DNA from: a virus
Lineage: Duplodnaviria > Caudoviricetes
DNA length: 64,000 nt
Strand: one strand, 5' to 3'
Virus record (IMG/VR): IMGVR_UViG_3300021255_002694
Below, in pieces: positions 1 through 9,876 of the stretch; the first letter of the stretch is position 1; each line of letters opens with the position of its first letter. The notes under the pieces were generated by a model, which saw only the letters and a list, made by a program, of their open reading frames with translations, had not been told where the DNA came from and did no database searches. The translations under genes were made by a program, and so were the position numbers.

Positions 1-58
1 TCTTATTCCGGCTATTACTTCGTTTGGTCCTGCGTTTGACGGTAGTGAGAATTGCGTT

Positions 59-2275
59 ATGACAATGGATGACGTTTCTGATTTTAACCGTAAGTGTGGT
101 TACACCGCAGCAGAGTTTAATCCATTTGAAGCTAATCGTGCCGGAACTGGTTTACCAGAAGATAGATCAAGAGATTATGCAAAAGAATTGATGAAGCGTG
201 GTTCACTTGTATCTGTTGTAAGAGTCAATACAGGTGGAAGCACAGCAGAATTTGATGTTGGTGGAACTTCAACATCTGCACAGCCAAGAGTTCCGAGCAT
301 CTATGCTGTACCAAATTCTGTACTTCCTACAATAGCTGACGATGACATGGAAACAGCACAGATTTCTGGAACAACTACTGGAACAACAACAGTAACACTT
401 AGTATTGGTGCTGGTCAGACAAGTCAAGTTGTTCCTGGCACAGTCTTATTTACAATGGATTCAAAAGAATACTGCGATACTGGAAATCGTGTCACAGTTT
501 CATCAACAGCTTCTAAGTGTGATATAGTTGAAAAGGAATCCGGAAAAATTGTCGGTTCTATTGAATATTCAAATAATGGTTCTAACAATGGAACAATAAC
601 ATTTAAGGATTCTACTATTGTAGCCGGAAAAACCGCAACTGGTAGCTATAAAACCTTAAAATCTGGTTCTGCATGGAAATATACATTTGCTCCGCAGATA
701 AGCGCAATACAGGCAAAATATTTCGGTTCATTCGGAAACTGCTTGTTTGTATCAATATCAAATATAACATCTGCAAATGTTGCAGAAGCCTATCAGTATG
801 CAAACATTTCTGTTTACTATGTTGACAGAGATATAAACTACGGATGGGACAGCACTGCACAGAAAGCATATATTAAGAGTCAGGTTGTTAAAAATGTAAC
901 TAGACTTGAAACAAAGAGAGTTTCAACTAATCCAAATGATCCATTCTACTTTGAAGATGTTGACTTTGATTTCATTAAAATCGTGCCAACAGATAAAGCG
1001 CGTGACGAACTTTCTATTGTTTGGAGCAATATAAATGGTAGTCCGGAGTCAAGTCAACAGTATTCAGGATTCCCAGTAATTCCTCTTAAATATGTTGATT
1101 CCGCTGGTTACTCCACTTATAATTACAATAGTGCTTTATCTGGTGGTTCTGACTTTGCATACAGTCCAGAAGTTCTTGAAAAGAGAAAAGCTGGATTTAA
1201 GGGTTACACTAAGGGTGATACATGGGGAGATGCAGACGTAGTTGCAAATATAAAAGATGTGTATGGTGATCAAACCAAAGCCGGAATAATCGCAACAGTA
1301 TACAGTAACATCATACAGATGTATAAATCCTTTACTGATCCTTACATCTACGATTTTGATTTTATTACATCTGGTGGTTTTACATACGAAAAGTATTCAA
1401 CGTCTTACGGTGATGGAACATATACTATTAGAATTGAATCACCAACAACTGATACACTTCACGGAAATGCATCAATATATAAGTCTGTTACACCTGTTCA
1501 TGAAGCCATGAAAGATTTGGTTGAACAGCGTCAAGACTGTATTGCACTATTCGATCTACCGCCTGAGTATGCTCCTGATAGCATTACAGAATATTCCAGA
1601 ATGTTGAATACATCTTATGGAACAATGCACTTCCCGTGGGGATATGTTCAGGACCCAGAGATTTCAAATCACCTTATACTCATGTCTCCATCTTTCATCT
1701 TCTTGTATACATTCTTGTCAAATCTTGATAATAATGTCGATGCTCAAAAGTGGTTCCCACCAGCCGGAGTTGCTAGAGCAACTGCAAGAGTTGTAAAGAA
1801 ACCATACTTTGAGATTGATTCTGTTCTACTTAATAAGTGGCAGAATGACACAACTGCAAGAGTTAATCCGATCATGCGCTTGAAGCAGTATGGATATGTT
1901 ATTTACGGTCAGTACACCACACTTGAAGCTATTGATTTGTATACACACTCTGCTCTTGAAAGTCTTAATGTTAGACTTATTTCCAATGTTGTTAAGAAGA
2001 AGATTTTTGATGTATGTCTGAATCTTGCTTTTGAACCTAATACAGAAACACTTTGGAATAAATTTTACGCACAAATGGATGAGTTCTTGCGGTATATGAA
2101 GTACAATGACGGTGTATATGATTATAGAATTGTTATGGATGAATCAACCGTTACTACGGATGATATTAACCATCTCAGATGTCCTGGAAAGGTTTATATT
2201 GCACCTACTAGAACAGCAGAGTTCTTTGACATTGATTTCATTATTACCGAGGCTGGCGCACAATTTAATAACTAA
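59..2275 (+). CDS. Contractile tail sheath protein (probably 5'-truncated by the window edge)
   Basis: The C-terminal sheath motifs are present (WFPPAG..R, RVNPI, YGQYT, LNVRLI, FEPN, YRIVMDES, PTRTAEFFDIDF). The frame is open to the window start. Confidence 0.92.
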   Translation: MTMDDVSDFNRKCGYTAAEFNPFEANRAGTGLPEDRSRDYAKELMKRGSLVSVVRVNTGGSTAEFDVGGTSTSAQPRVPSIYAVPNSVLPTIADDDMETAQISGTTTGTTTVTLSIGAGQTSQVVPGTVLFTMDSKEYCDTGNRVTVSSTASKCDIVEKESGKIVGSIEYSNNGSNNGTITFKDSTIVAGKTATGSYKTLKSGSAWKYTFAPQISAIQAKYFGSFGNCLFVSISNITSANVAEAYQYANISVYYVDRDINYGWDSTAQKAYIKSQVVKNVTRLETKRVSTNPNDPFYFEDVDFDFIKIVPTDKARDELSIVWSNINGSPESSQQYSGFPVIPLKYVDSAGYSTYNYNSALSGGSDFAYSPEVLEKRKAGFKGYTKGDTWGDADVVANIKDVYGDQTKAGIIATVYSNIIQMYKSFTDPYIYDFDFITSGGFTYEKYSTSYGDGTYTIRIESPTTDTLHGNASIYKSVTPVHEAMKDLVEQRQDCIALFDLPPEYAPDSITEYSRMLNTSYGTMHFPWGYVQDPEISNHLILMSPSFIFLYTFLSNLDNNVDAQKWFPPAGVARATARVVKKPYFEIDSVLLNKWQNDTTARVNPIMRLKQYGYVIYGQYTTLEAIDLYTHSALESLNVRLISNVVKKKIFDVCLNLAFEPNTETLWNKFYAQMDEFLRYMKYNDGVYDYRIVMDESTVTTDDINHLRCPGKVYIAPTRTAEFFDIDFIITEAGAQFNN

Positions 2276-2293
2276 TAAGAAAGGGTGAGTGTT

Positions 2294-2842
2294 ATGCCAT
2301 TGAAACTTGGTTTTTATCACGGTATAGGTCAGGATGATTGGGAACCACAGCGTACTAATAACTTTGAGATTCAGTTCCCAAATCTAGGTCAACTGTTTAC
2401 GATTGATCAGGGACTAGCACTTCCAGGAAATGCAAGTGATCTTCTCACACTTTCTGTTAAGTCTGTTTCTTATCCGTCTACAAACATTGATAAGCTGACA
2501 ATTAGTTATGGAAACAACTCTGTCAATTTCGCCGGAAGACCTAACTATGGTGATGTTGAAATTGTTGTAAATGATTTCATCGGAATCCAGAGTGAGAGAA
2601 TCCTTATGGGTTGGAGCGGTCTTGTTTACAATCCAAAGACAGAGGTTATCGGTTGGGCTTCACAGTATAAGCGTGACGGATATCTCCTAGAGTTTGCACC
2701 TGATGGTACATGTGTTCGTAGAACACAGCTTAGAGGTTGTTTCCCTGGCACAGTAGCACCAGGAAACTTCTCTAACGATGATAACTCACTTAGAGAGATT
2801 TCAGTTACATTCTATTGTGATGTGGCTATTCCACTTGACTAA
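2294..2842 (+). CDS. Tail tube protein (T4 gp19-like)
   Basis: Follows the sheath gene. It has RTNNFEIQF, YKRDG.L and L.GCFP..V...F.CD motifs typical of myovirus tube proteins. Confidence 0.85.
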   Translation: MPLKLGFYHGIGQDDWEPQRTNNFEIQFPNLGQLFTIDQGLALPGNASDLLTLSVKSVSYPSTNIDKLTISYGNNSVNFAGRPNYGDVEIVVNDFIGIQSERILMGWSGLVYNPKTEVIGWASQYKRDGYLLEFAPDGTCVRRTQLRGCFPGTVAPGNFSNDDNSLREISVTFYCDVAIPLD

Positions 2843-2855
2843 TTTAATTTCTACG

Positions 2856-2893
2856 AAGTGCCTGATATACAAAAAATATCAGGCACTTTTTAT
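2856..2893 (+). terminator. Intrinsic terminator after the tube gene
   Basis: AAGTGCCTGATAT/ATATCAGGCACTT stem followed by a T tract. Confidence 0.8.
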
Positions 2894-2979
2894 TAAAAAT
2901 AAGGAAAAAATCAACTATAATCCTATAAGTTTGTTGCTATGCAACATTTGCCGGATTATGTAATTTGGAGGATTTTACT

Positions 2980-3762
2980 ATGGCGAGAAATTTAATCACA
3001 GAAACGCTTGTTCTACCAAGTGCCGCAACTCATCTGTACGGAGATCAGTTTGACGGGCATCTTACATTGAGAGCCATGACAACAGATGAGGAAAGAATGC
3101 GCCTTAGTGGACAATCTTTTTATCAAACAATGTCAGCAATAGTGAATGAATGTATTGTTGACAATAAAAATCCAGATGGAACATATAAACTTGACTGTGT
3201 AGCATTTACAGATTTTGATTTCTTTGCTGTATGTGTTAAGTTAAGAATCATGTCATATGGTCCGAAGTATAGAACTATTGCAACATGTCCTAAGTGCGGT
3301 AGAAAATTTCAGACTTCTGTAAATCTTGCTGATCTTGCATATAATCTTGTTCCAGAAGATTTCACAGAACCTTATACTGTAGGACCTCTGCCTTTAAGCG
3401 GTGATACACTTGGATGTAGATTCCTTAGAATAAAAGATAGAATTGATATTGAAAAACAGCGTGATATTATTCTCGCTAACAATCCAAAGTATCAAGGTGA
3501 TCCTACTTTTAATCTTGAAATGGAACGCAGAATCATGGAAGTAAATGGTAAGCCGCTTGATTATATAACAGCCGGAGATTATATTCGTGATATGGTTGCC
3601 GGAGATAGTGTTGTGTATCATGAAGAAGTTGACAAGAGTAAAGATTTCGGAGTAATTCTGTTTAATCTACTTGATCATTGTGAAGATGAAGATTGTGACG
3701 GTCAACCTTTCTGGATTCTAAGAGCAGATAGAGAGTTTTTTCGACCATGCCTCGATAGTTAA
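2980..3762 (+). CDS. Tail assembly chaperone / baseplate hub assembly protein (gp26-like, Zn ribbon)
   Basis: Lies between tube and tape measure genes. Motifs LRAMTT.EE, KLRIMSYG, CPKCG and a C-terminal EFFRP are present, with a GGAGG RBS before the ATG at 2980. Confidence 0.7.
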   Translation: MARNLITETLVLPSAATHLYGDQFDGHLTLRAMTTDEERMRLSGQSFYQTMSAIVNECIVDNKNPDGTYKLDCVAFTDFDFFAVCVKLRIMSYGPKYRTIATCPKCGRKFQTSVNLADLAYNLVPEDFTEPYTVGPLPLSGDTLGCRFLRIKDRIDIEKQRDIILANNPKYQGDPTFNLEMERRIMEVNGKPLDYITAGDYIRDMVAGDSVVYHEEVDKSKDFGVILFNLLDHCEDEDCDGQPFWILRADREFFRPCLDS

Positions 3763-3994
3763 TGGAAGACCTTACAGTGCATATAAGTATGAACAAGTAT
3801 TAAAGGAACAACTGCTTATAGCATATCTATCTAAAGGGGCAGTAACATTATCAGAGACAAGAGACTTACCTATAAATGATAGGAAAATTCTGTTGACAAC
3901 ACTAAGACAAGTTGAAGAAGAAAAGAAGAAAAAAATACAGGAGATAAAAGATTCTCGTAAATATGACGGTATCCGCAATAGGGGCAAGAAATAA
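3722..3994 (+). CDS. Start-less +1-frame ORF (gp51-like / chaperone extension), probably expressed by frameshift
   Basis: A 90-codon open frame (...FDHASIVNGRPYSAYKYEQVLKEQLLIAYLSKGAVTLSETRDLPINDRKILL...RGKK*) fills the gap before the tape measure gene. It has no ATG or GTG and overlaps GAG TTT TTT CGA of the upstream gene. Confidence 0.7.
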   Translation, partial: EQIESFFDHASIVNGRPYSAYKYEQVLKEQLLIAYLSKGAVTLSETRDLPINDRKILLTTLRQVEEEKKKKIQEIKDSRKYDGIRNRGKK

Positions 3995-4020
3995 AAGAAA
4001 GTGAGAGGGGTTGACATTGT

Positions 4021-7000
4021 ATGCCGGAAGATTTAGGTAATCCTACACGTATGCCACAGCAGAATGATGATTTCGCTGCAAATGTTACCAATCAAATACT
4101 TGCTGGATTTAGTGGCTTGCAACGTGAACTATCCGAAATGAGAAAACTTCTCTCACAATCTCAGAAAGCGGATAGCAAGTATAAATTTGCAACAAGTGAT
4201 TTCGATGATCTTCTATCTGATATACGAAGTTCATCAAAATCGTCTAAAAACACAGCAAAAGATATTGAGGGACTTATAAAGGATTTCAAGAGAGATGTAA
4301 CTTATGCAAAAAGTTCTGCAACTACAAAAAGAGAATCCTTAAATAGACAAATATCATATTCAGGTGAATATGGAATTAACAAAATATACTCAGCTAGAGT
4401 TGCAAAATCTACTGCTGATATTGAAGCTAAACTTGAAAAATTATATGAAGCCGCAGATAATAGTTTTTCTAATCTATCAGCACATCTTGGAAATCTTGAA
4501 GCCAAGAAAGCGCGTGAAACAGAAGCATCGTCTAAGATGCAACGAAAGATAGATGAACTAGATGGAAAAATAGGTCTATCTAAAGATAGAGATGAAATAG
4601 ATGCTCTTACTGTTTTACGTGATCAGATATTAGAAGCTAAATCTAAGACTGATAGTAGTATTGAAAGTACAACAGCTAAAATTGAAAGCGTAAAAAAGGA
4701 TATAGAGACAGACTTATCAAGCAGATCAAAAGAATATCAGACTTTAGTAAGAAGTTTAAGAGATACAGAGGATTTAATACATAGAGAACTTTCAAGTGTA
4801 TTGAAAGCTGTAGATGATGCAAAGAGTGGTACTGATTCTCTGAGAGGTATGTCTGCATACCTGAATGAGAATGTAAAACGTCCAGAAGATGTTGAAACAG
4901 AACTAGATAAACTAGCCCGTGCCGTAGAAAAACAGAAAGATATTATACATTCTGCAATTCTAGCAATAAATAAAAAACTAGAAGATAAAACACTAGATGA
5001 ACAGGAACGTAAAAATCTTGAATATCAGAGACAGCTACTTGTTAAAGAGTATGATGCACTGAATAAGTGGAATCCTAAACAGGAAATGTTCTCAAAAGCA
5101 GTAAAAACATTTGCAGATGCCGGAAAGAGTATTTTAGGTGCAATAGGAAATACTGCAATAAAGAGACTAGAAGATTACTACTTAAATTCATACAAGGAAT
5201 CTTTCAATAAAGTTTATGATTCTATTGAAAACACAAGAAATACTGTTTCTGCTAGATTGAAATTAGATCAAGGCGGTTTTTCTGATCTACAGGCAGATAT
5301 TCAAAATGAAATAGAGGCACTTGGTATTGAAGCATCTGTTACTCAATCAGATGTAAATGATGCTCTTGTTTCATTACAAGCTGCCGGAGTTACTGATCCT
5401 GAAATGTTGAAGTCACTTGCTATAGAGCAAGCAAAATTGATTGCAAGCGGAAGTTCATTGAATCTTGGAAATGAAGAAATGATACAAAACTTGCGTCAAG
5501 TATATCAACAGCAAATTCAATCTGGTGCAAGTCAGCAAGAGGCACTAGATGGAATAACGAACCTATTAGATGATATCGGCACATACCAATCAATGACCGG
5601 AACTACTGGATGGGATTCATCTCTAGTAAACGGCGGTATTGACAGAATTGTTAATAATATGTTAAAGCTAGGTATCACAGGGCAGAAGAATATAGATCAA
5701 ATGTCTAGTGATATTGGAGCATATATTCAGGCAAGTGAATCATATTACAGCAGAGGTCTTGATCCAGATCAACTCTATCAATATATAAATGATATTGCAA
5801 ATAAAAGTATAGATGAAAATTCAACATTTGAGCAGATACTACAGCAATATGGTATTAACAGACAAGCAGTCTTAACTAAGGGAATGGATGAGCTTCTGCG
5901 AGAAATTGATGATGCATCAAGAAATATATTACAAGAAACATCTAAGGGCGATGATAGATATATTTCTCAAATCTCAAATGCATATGAACTAGGTCTTGAA
6001 GGACTAGAAGCCATAAGACAAAGAGACAGTGATGCATTACCGGAAGCGTGGACAGAAGAACAGAAAGCACAGGCAAAGCGAGATTCTATATCTAACATGC
6101 AACAAGGCACATTCATTTCCGAAACAAGAAAACATCAAAATAAAACTGAAAATTCTATGGCAGAACTTGCTATAGATGCAGAAAAGATGTATAAAGGAAA
6201 TGATCTTGTCAATGCCGGATTTGATATGGTTGAGACTGGTCTTAGTGCAATTAAGAATGTTGCATCAGAAATACTGCATACAATGTTTGTACAATCCGCT
6301 TTTGGCAAACAACTAAGTTCCGAAGGTGCTTCTATTACATCTGCTGGAAACTTTTTAACTGGTGGTGCTAATTTTGGCGCTCCGTTAAACGGTAAGATTT
6401 CAAATGGAAGTGCCGCAGGTAAACTTGGAAAAGGTCTGACTGTAGCCGCCGGTGTTGGTCAAATGGGATATGCCATTATTGATACCATAAAAGAACATGA
6501 TTCAGGAGATTCATCACTTGATACCGCAATAAATTTATTCGATGAACCTGAATTGTGGAGCGGAATGGGTACAGCAATCGGCGGCGCTTTAGGAGGACCA
6601 GTTGCAGGAGCAGTTGTTGGTGGCTTAATGGGTGCTGGTGGCAAGTTTGGAAACTATCTTGCAGAGCGTATTGAGAATAAACTTGATCCATTTGAAGAAG
6701 CTGTAAATGATTTCAAGGAATCAACTGCAAAACAGCTTAGTGATGATGAATCACAATTAAATTCAACACTTTCAACACTTTCAAAATATGAAAGTGTTAT
6801 GAAAAAGAATGATAAGAACCAGATGAAGATGCTTCTAATGGAAGAAGCAAATTTGTCTGCAAAAGACCTACAAAATATAACAGATGAGAAGTTGCAAGAG
6901 TTATTTATGAATAACCTTGTAACACAACAAGAGAATCTAGCGCGAGAGAAAGAACAGCAAGTTTCACTTGATAGAATACTGAATGATAATGCACAGGTAA

Positions 7001-7947
7001 CAAAAGAACTTGAACAGGATTTTACAGGAACAGCTTTAACTCAATACGGAACAGCATTTGAAGCAATGTCAAGTGCAGACAAGAACCAATATATAAAATC
7101 AAATATAAATCAGTTTGTTGGTCAAAGCAAAGACATTATTGCTGATGTTGGAAGTCAGATAAGTAGTATGTCTGATTCAGATATTGATGCATACTTAATA
7201 AGAAGCGGCGTTGGTTCAGATGAACTGAAAAAAATGAAACCTGATAAAAAGCTAGAGGAAGTTCGTAAGAAAGTTGTTAAGGAGTATTCTGAAAAAGCTA
7301 ACTTTACAGAAGAAACAGCAGCATTGTTTGAGAGAGCAATGAGTGATTATGAAGAAAGACGTAAAACATATGTATCATCCGAAGAGAAGTTCCAAAAACA
7401 GTGGAAAACCGCAAAAGAGTTGACAGGTATGACAAAACCAAGCGCATCTGATATAATGATTGCATACATGGATAAATACCACAACGGCGGATCATGGGGA
7501 GACAATGTAAAGGATATTATTGTTAATTCAGATGGAACTGCAACTCTTGATCCTGGAAATCTGTATAGAAGTGCTTATGCATTTGCAACAGGTCTTACAG
7601 ATGTTCCGTATGACAACTATCCGGCAATTCTTCATAAGGGTGAGAGAATTCTTACAAGAGAAGAAGCAAAAGCATATAATGAAATGTCATCATTTGCTGT
7701 AAACAATCTAATGAATAACTTTAATGGCGGAGATACAGCATCTAATGTATTTTCTACTACAAGCTATGGAATTGATGTTGATAAATCAATAGAAGATCAA
7801 ACTGATATTCTATCAAGGAAATTAGATCAGGTTATTTCAGCAATTAACAATCTATCAATTAGGCTTGGTGGTGCTTCATCTCAAAGTGCTGCTCATAAAA
7901 ATGTGTTGCGTGGAAATTCAAACATAACACAGTTAAATACTCTATAA
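4021..7947 (+). CDS. Tape measure protein
   Basis: 1308 aa, helical/coiled-coil, with a Gly/Ala-rich segment and C-terminal FATG..VP.D..A.LH.GERIL motif. Position is consistent. Confidence 0.88.
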   Translation: MPEDLGNPTRMPQQNDDFAANVTNQILAGFSGLQRELSEMRKLLSQSQKADSKYKFATSDFDDLLSDIRSSSKSSKNTAKDIEGLIKDFKRDVTYAKSSATTKRESLNRQISYSGEYGINKIYSARVAKSTADIEAKLEKLYEAADNSFSNLSAHLGNLEAKKARETEASSKMQRKIDELDGKIGLSKDRDEIDALTVLRDQILEAKSKTDSSIESTTAKIESVKKDIETDLSSRSKEYQTLVRSLRDTEDLIHRELSSVLKAVDDAKSGTDSLRGMSAYLNENVKRPEDVETELDKLARAVEKQKDIIHSAILAINKKLEDKTLDEQERKNLEYQRQLLVKEYDALNKWNPKQEMFSKAVKTFADAGKSILGAIGNTAIKRLEDYYLNSYKESFNKVYDSIENTRNTVSARLKLDQGGFSDLQADIQNEIEALGIEASVTQSDVNDALVSLQAAGVTDPEMLKSLAIEQAKLIASGSSLNLGNEEMIQNLRQVYQQQIQSGASQQEALDGITNLLDDIGTYQSMTGTTGWDSSLVNGGIDRIVNNMLKLGITGQKNIDQMSSDIGAYIQASESYYSRGLDPDQLYQYINDIANKSIDENSTFEQILQQYGINRQAVLTKGMDELLREIDDASRNILQETSKGDDRYISQISNAYELGLEGLEAIRQRDSDALPEAWTEEQKAQAKRDSISNMQQGTFISETRKHQNKTENSMAELAIDAEKMYKGNDLVNAGFDMVETGLSAIKNVASEILHTMFVQSAFGKQLSSEGASITSAGNFLTGGANFGAPLNGKISNGSAAGKLGKGLTVAAGVGQMGYAIIDTIKEHDSGDSSLDTAINLFDEPELWSGMGTAIGGALGGPVAGAVVGGLMGAGGKFGNYLAERIENKLDPFEEAVNDFKESTAKQLSDDESQLNSTLSTLSKYESVMKKNDKNQMKMLLMEEANLSAKDLQNITDEKLQELFMNNLVTQQENLAREKEQQVSLDRILNDNAQVTKELEQDFTGTALTQYGTAFEAMSSADKNQYIKSNINQFVGQSKDIIADVGSQISSMSDSDIDAYLIRSGVGSDELKKMKPDKKLEEVRKKVVKEYSEKANFTEETAALFERAMSDYEERRKTYVSSEEKFQKQWKTAKELTGMTKPSASDIMIAYMDKYHNGGSWGDNVKDIIVNSDGTATLDPGNLYRSAYAFATGLTDVPYDNYPAILHKGERILTREEAKAYNEMSSFAVNNLMNNFNGGDTASNVFSTTSYGIDVDKSIEDQTDILSRKLDQVISAINNLSIRLGGASSQSAAHKNVLRGNSNITQLNTL

Positions 7948-7952
7948 AATAG

Positions 7953-8804
7953 GTGGTGGATACATTGAACAAGAAATTTGGCACATATAAGGATAAAAAC
8001 ATAGTTATTCAGTATATCCAAAAATTACTATATGAGACATATAATGCTAATGTTTTGATAAATGCTGAATACTATACTGTAAATGATAATAATTATGGTT
8101 TGCCACACTTTATATCGAAGTATCTTGATTATATGTATCCACCTCTTGATGAAGCAACAAAGCAAGCATATGAAGATGCAAAGAATTCAAACAATCTAGG
8201 TCTTAGAAGCACATCTGAGCCGATATCAATATCAAATTATTATCTATGCAGTAATGATTCAAGAAAATTGTACTATGGAAGCTCAGATTATATGAACATA
8301 TATAGCAGTAAGATGTTGCTCAATACTAATGTTAGTGAAACACAGCATGATGGTTTCTTTGCATCTGACTATTTTAATAAAAATGATATGCCACTTTTTA
8401 TTTACAAAATTAGTGAAAATCCAGATAAATATGATATAAGAAACAATACTATATATCAAATTGATACTTGGTTAAAAGATAAAGATGTCTGTGAATTAGA
8501 TGATCTTGTTACATCTTTCTTACTTGGTAGAGTTATAGGAAACAGATCAAGCAGAGAAGATATTGCATATGTTCAGCGATTACTAATACGGAACAGATCA
8601 ATAACAGAACAGGAACTTGGTCAATGGAAAATGGGTAATGATCCGACATTTGACATGACACAGACAATCATAAATTATCAGAAATCAATAGCATCCAAAT
8701 CAATGGTTCCAAATGTTTTTGTGACTGGATATTTTGATCCATTTACAGAAGCCTATGCTTTAAGAGAGTTTGGTGAAGAACACAATGGAATACTTGGATT
8801 ATAA
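7953..8804 (+). CDS. Tail/baseplate-region protein with a possible C-terminal peptidoglycan-binding-like domain
   Basis: DIAYVQRLL...IINYQK...VTGYFDPFT resembles PG_binding_1. Confidence 0.45.
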   Translation: MVDTLNKKFGTYKDKNIVIQYIQKLLYETYNANVLINAEYYTVNDNNYGLPHFISKYLDYMYPPLDEATKQAYEDAKNSNNLGLRSTSEPISISNYYLCSNDSRKLYYGSSDYMNIYSSKMLLNTNVSETQHDGFFASDYFNKNDMPLFIYKISENPDKYDIRNNTIYQIDTWLKDKDVCELDDLVTSFLLGRVIGNRSSREDIAYVQRLLIRNRSITEQELGQWKMGNDPTFDMTQTIINYQKSIASKSMVPNVFVTGYFDPFTEAYALREFGEEHNGILGL

Positions 8805-9516
8805 GTTTAAACCTACAGATACATTTGAAGATACGGCAGCTTTTTTTGGAACAACTGTAACAGAACTTTTAAGAATAAATAATCTTCAATCACCTCCACC
8901 AACATACATTGCAGAGACAGGCATAAAGTCAATAGTTATTCCTGTTACTGATAGTAAGTATGTTCATGACGGAGTAGATACTACACAATCAAACATATCT
9001 AACATGAGATTGATAAATGATCGTGGTGGTCTTGGAAGAATTATTGGTTTTGCATCACAGAATAAATGTTTCTTACAAGTTGAGGGCATTGGAACTGCTG
9101 TATTTCCTGGCTATCCTGAAAGTTATTCAGACTCGCATCAAGCAAGTGTATCACAACAAACTCCACTCGGAAGATCAGAGCCGTTCCAAATTTATCAAAA
9201 TAGCGGACCGAGAACAGTTAGTGTTTCTTTTAGAATGGATAGAGAAATGACTAGGACAACTGAAATTGGAGATATTGTTGGAATTGTTCAATCAGCATGT
9301 TATCCAGTACAGATGAATGCAACAATTATACCTAGATGCACTTTAGTTATAGGAAACAACTGCTCTATAACTGGAATAATAACAAGCGTAAATACTAATT
9401 GGTCAGAAACAATAATAGAAGATCGTTACATGGTTGTAACGCTTGATTTTTCAATACAGGAATGTACAGGAACTCCAAAATTAGCTAGAACTGTTAGAGG
9501 TTTGAGAGGTGTGTAA
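8785..9516 (+). CDS. LysM-domain tail tube initiator / baseplate protein
   Basis: N-terminal LysM (YKFKPTDTF..TA..FGTTV.ELLRINNL) and a C-terminal tube-like domain (GRSEP..Y..SGPR..S..F). Confidence 0.7.
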   Translation: MEYLDYKFKPTDTFEDTAAFFGTTVTELLRINNLQSPPPTYIAETGIKSIVIPVTDSKYVHDGVDTTQSNISNMRLINDRGGLGRIIGFASQNKCFLQVEGIGTAVFPGYPESYSDSHQASVSQQTPLGRSEPFQIYQNSGPRTVSVSFRMDREMTRTTEIGDIVGIVQSACYPVQMNATIIPRCTLVIGNNCSITGIITSVNTNWSETIIEDRYMVVTLDFSIQECTGTPKLARTVRGLRGV

Positions 9517-9518
9517 TA

Positions 9519-9851
9519 ATGAGATATGCCGCTCCAAGAAAATATGGTTATCCGTCAAGATACGGAATATATCGTCAAATCGTAGATGATAAAGATACAT
9601 ACACAGAGACAGTAAATAAAACTATTATTGCAGAAAAAGATTCTGATATTTACCATGAAGTTCAAATGCATGAAGAAAATAGACTGGATATTATATCTAA
9701 TAAATATTACAAGACACCTGATATGTGGTGGGTAATAGCACAGGCAAATGATATGGTTGATCCATTTGTATTAAAATCTGGAACGATACTCAGAATACCT
9801 GATTTTAGATCACTTTATGACGTTGACGCTCCGTTCTATGGTAAAGCATAA
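9519..9851 (+). CDS. Baseplate wedge LysM-like protein (gp53/gpX-like)
   Basis: RLDIISNKYY.TPD.WWVIA.AN...P...GTILRIP motif. Confidence 0.8.
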   Translation: MRYAAPRKYGYPSRYGIYRQIVDDKDTYTETVNKTIIAEKDSDIYHEVQMHEENRLDIISNKYYKTPDMWWVIAQANDMVDPFVLKSGTILRIPDFRSLYDVDAPFYGKA

Positions 9852-9876
9852 ATTATGTGGTTGGTGGTGAATACTA

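Noticed and set aside
3772-4091. Minus-strand ORFs 3772-4017 and 3870-4091
   Set aside because: They are antisense shadows of the start-less + strand chaperone extension and the tape measure start.
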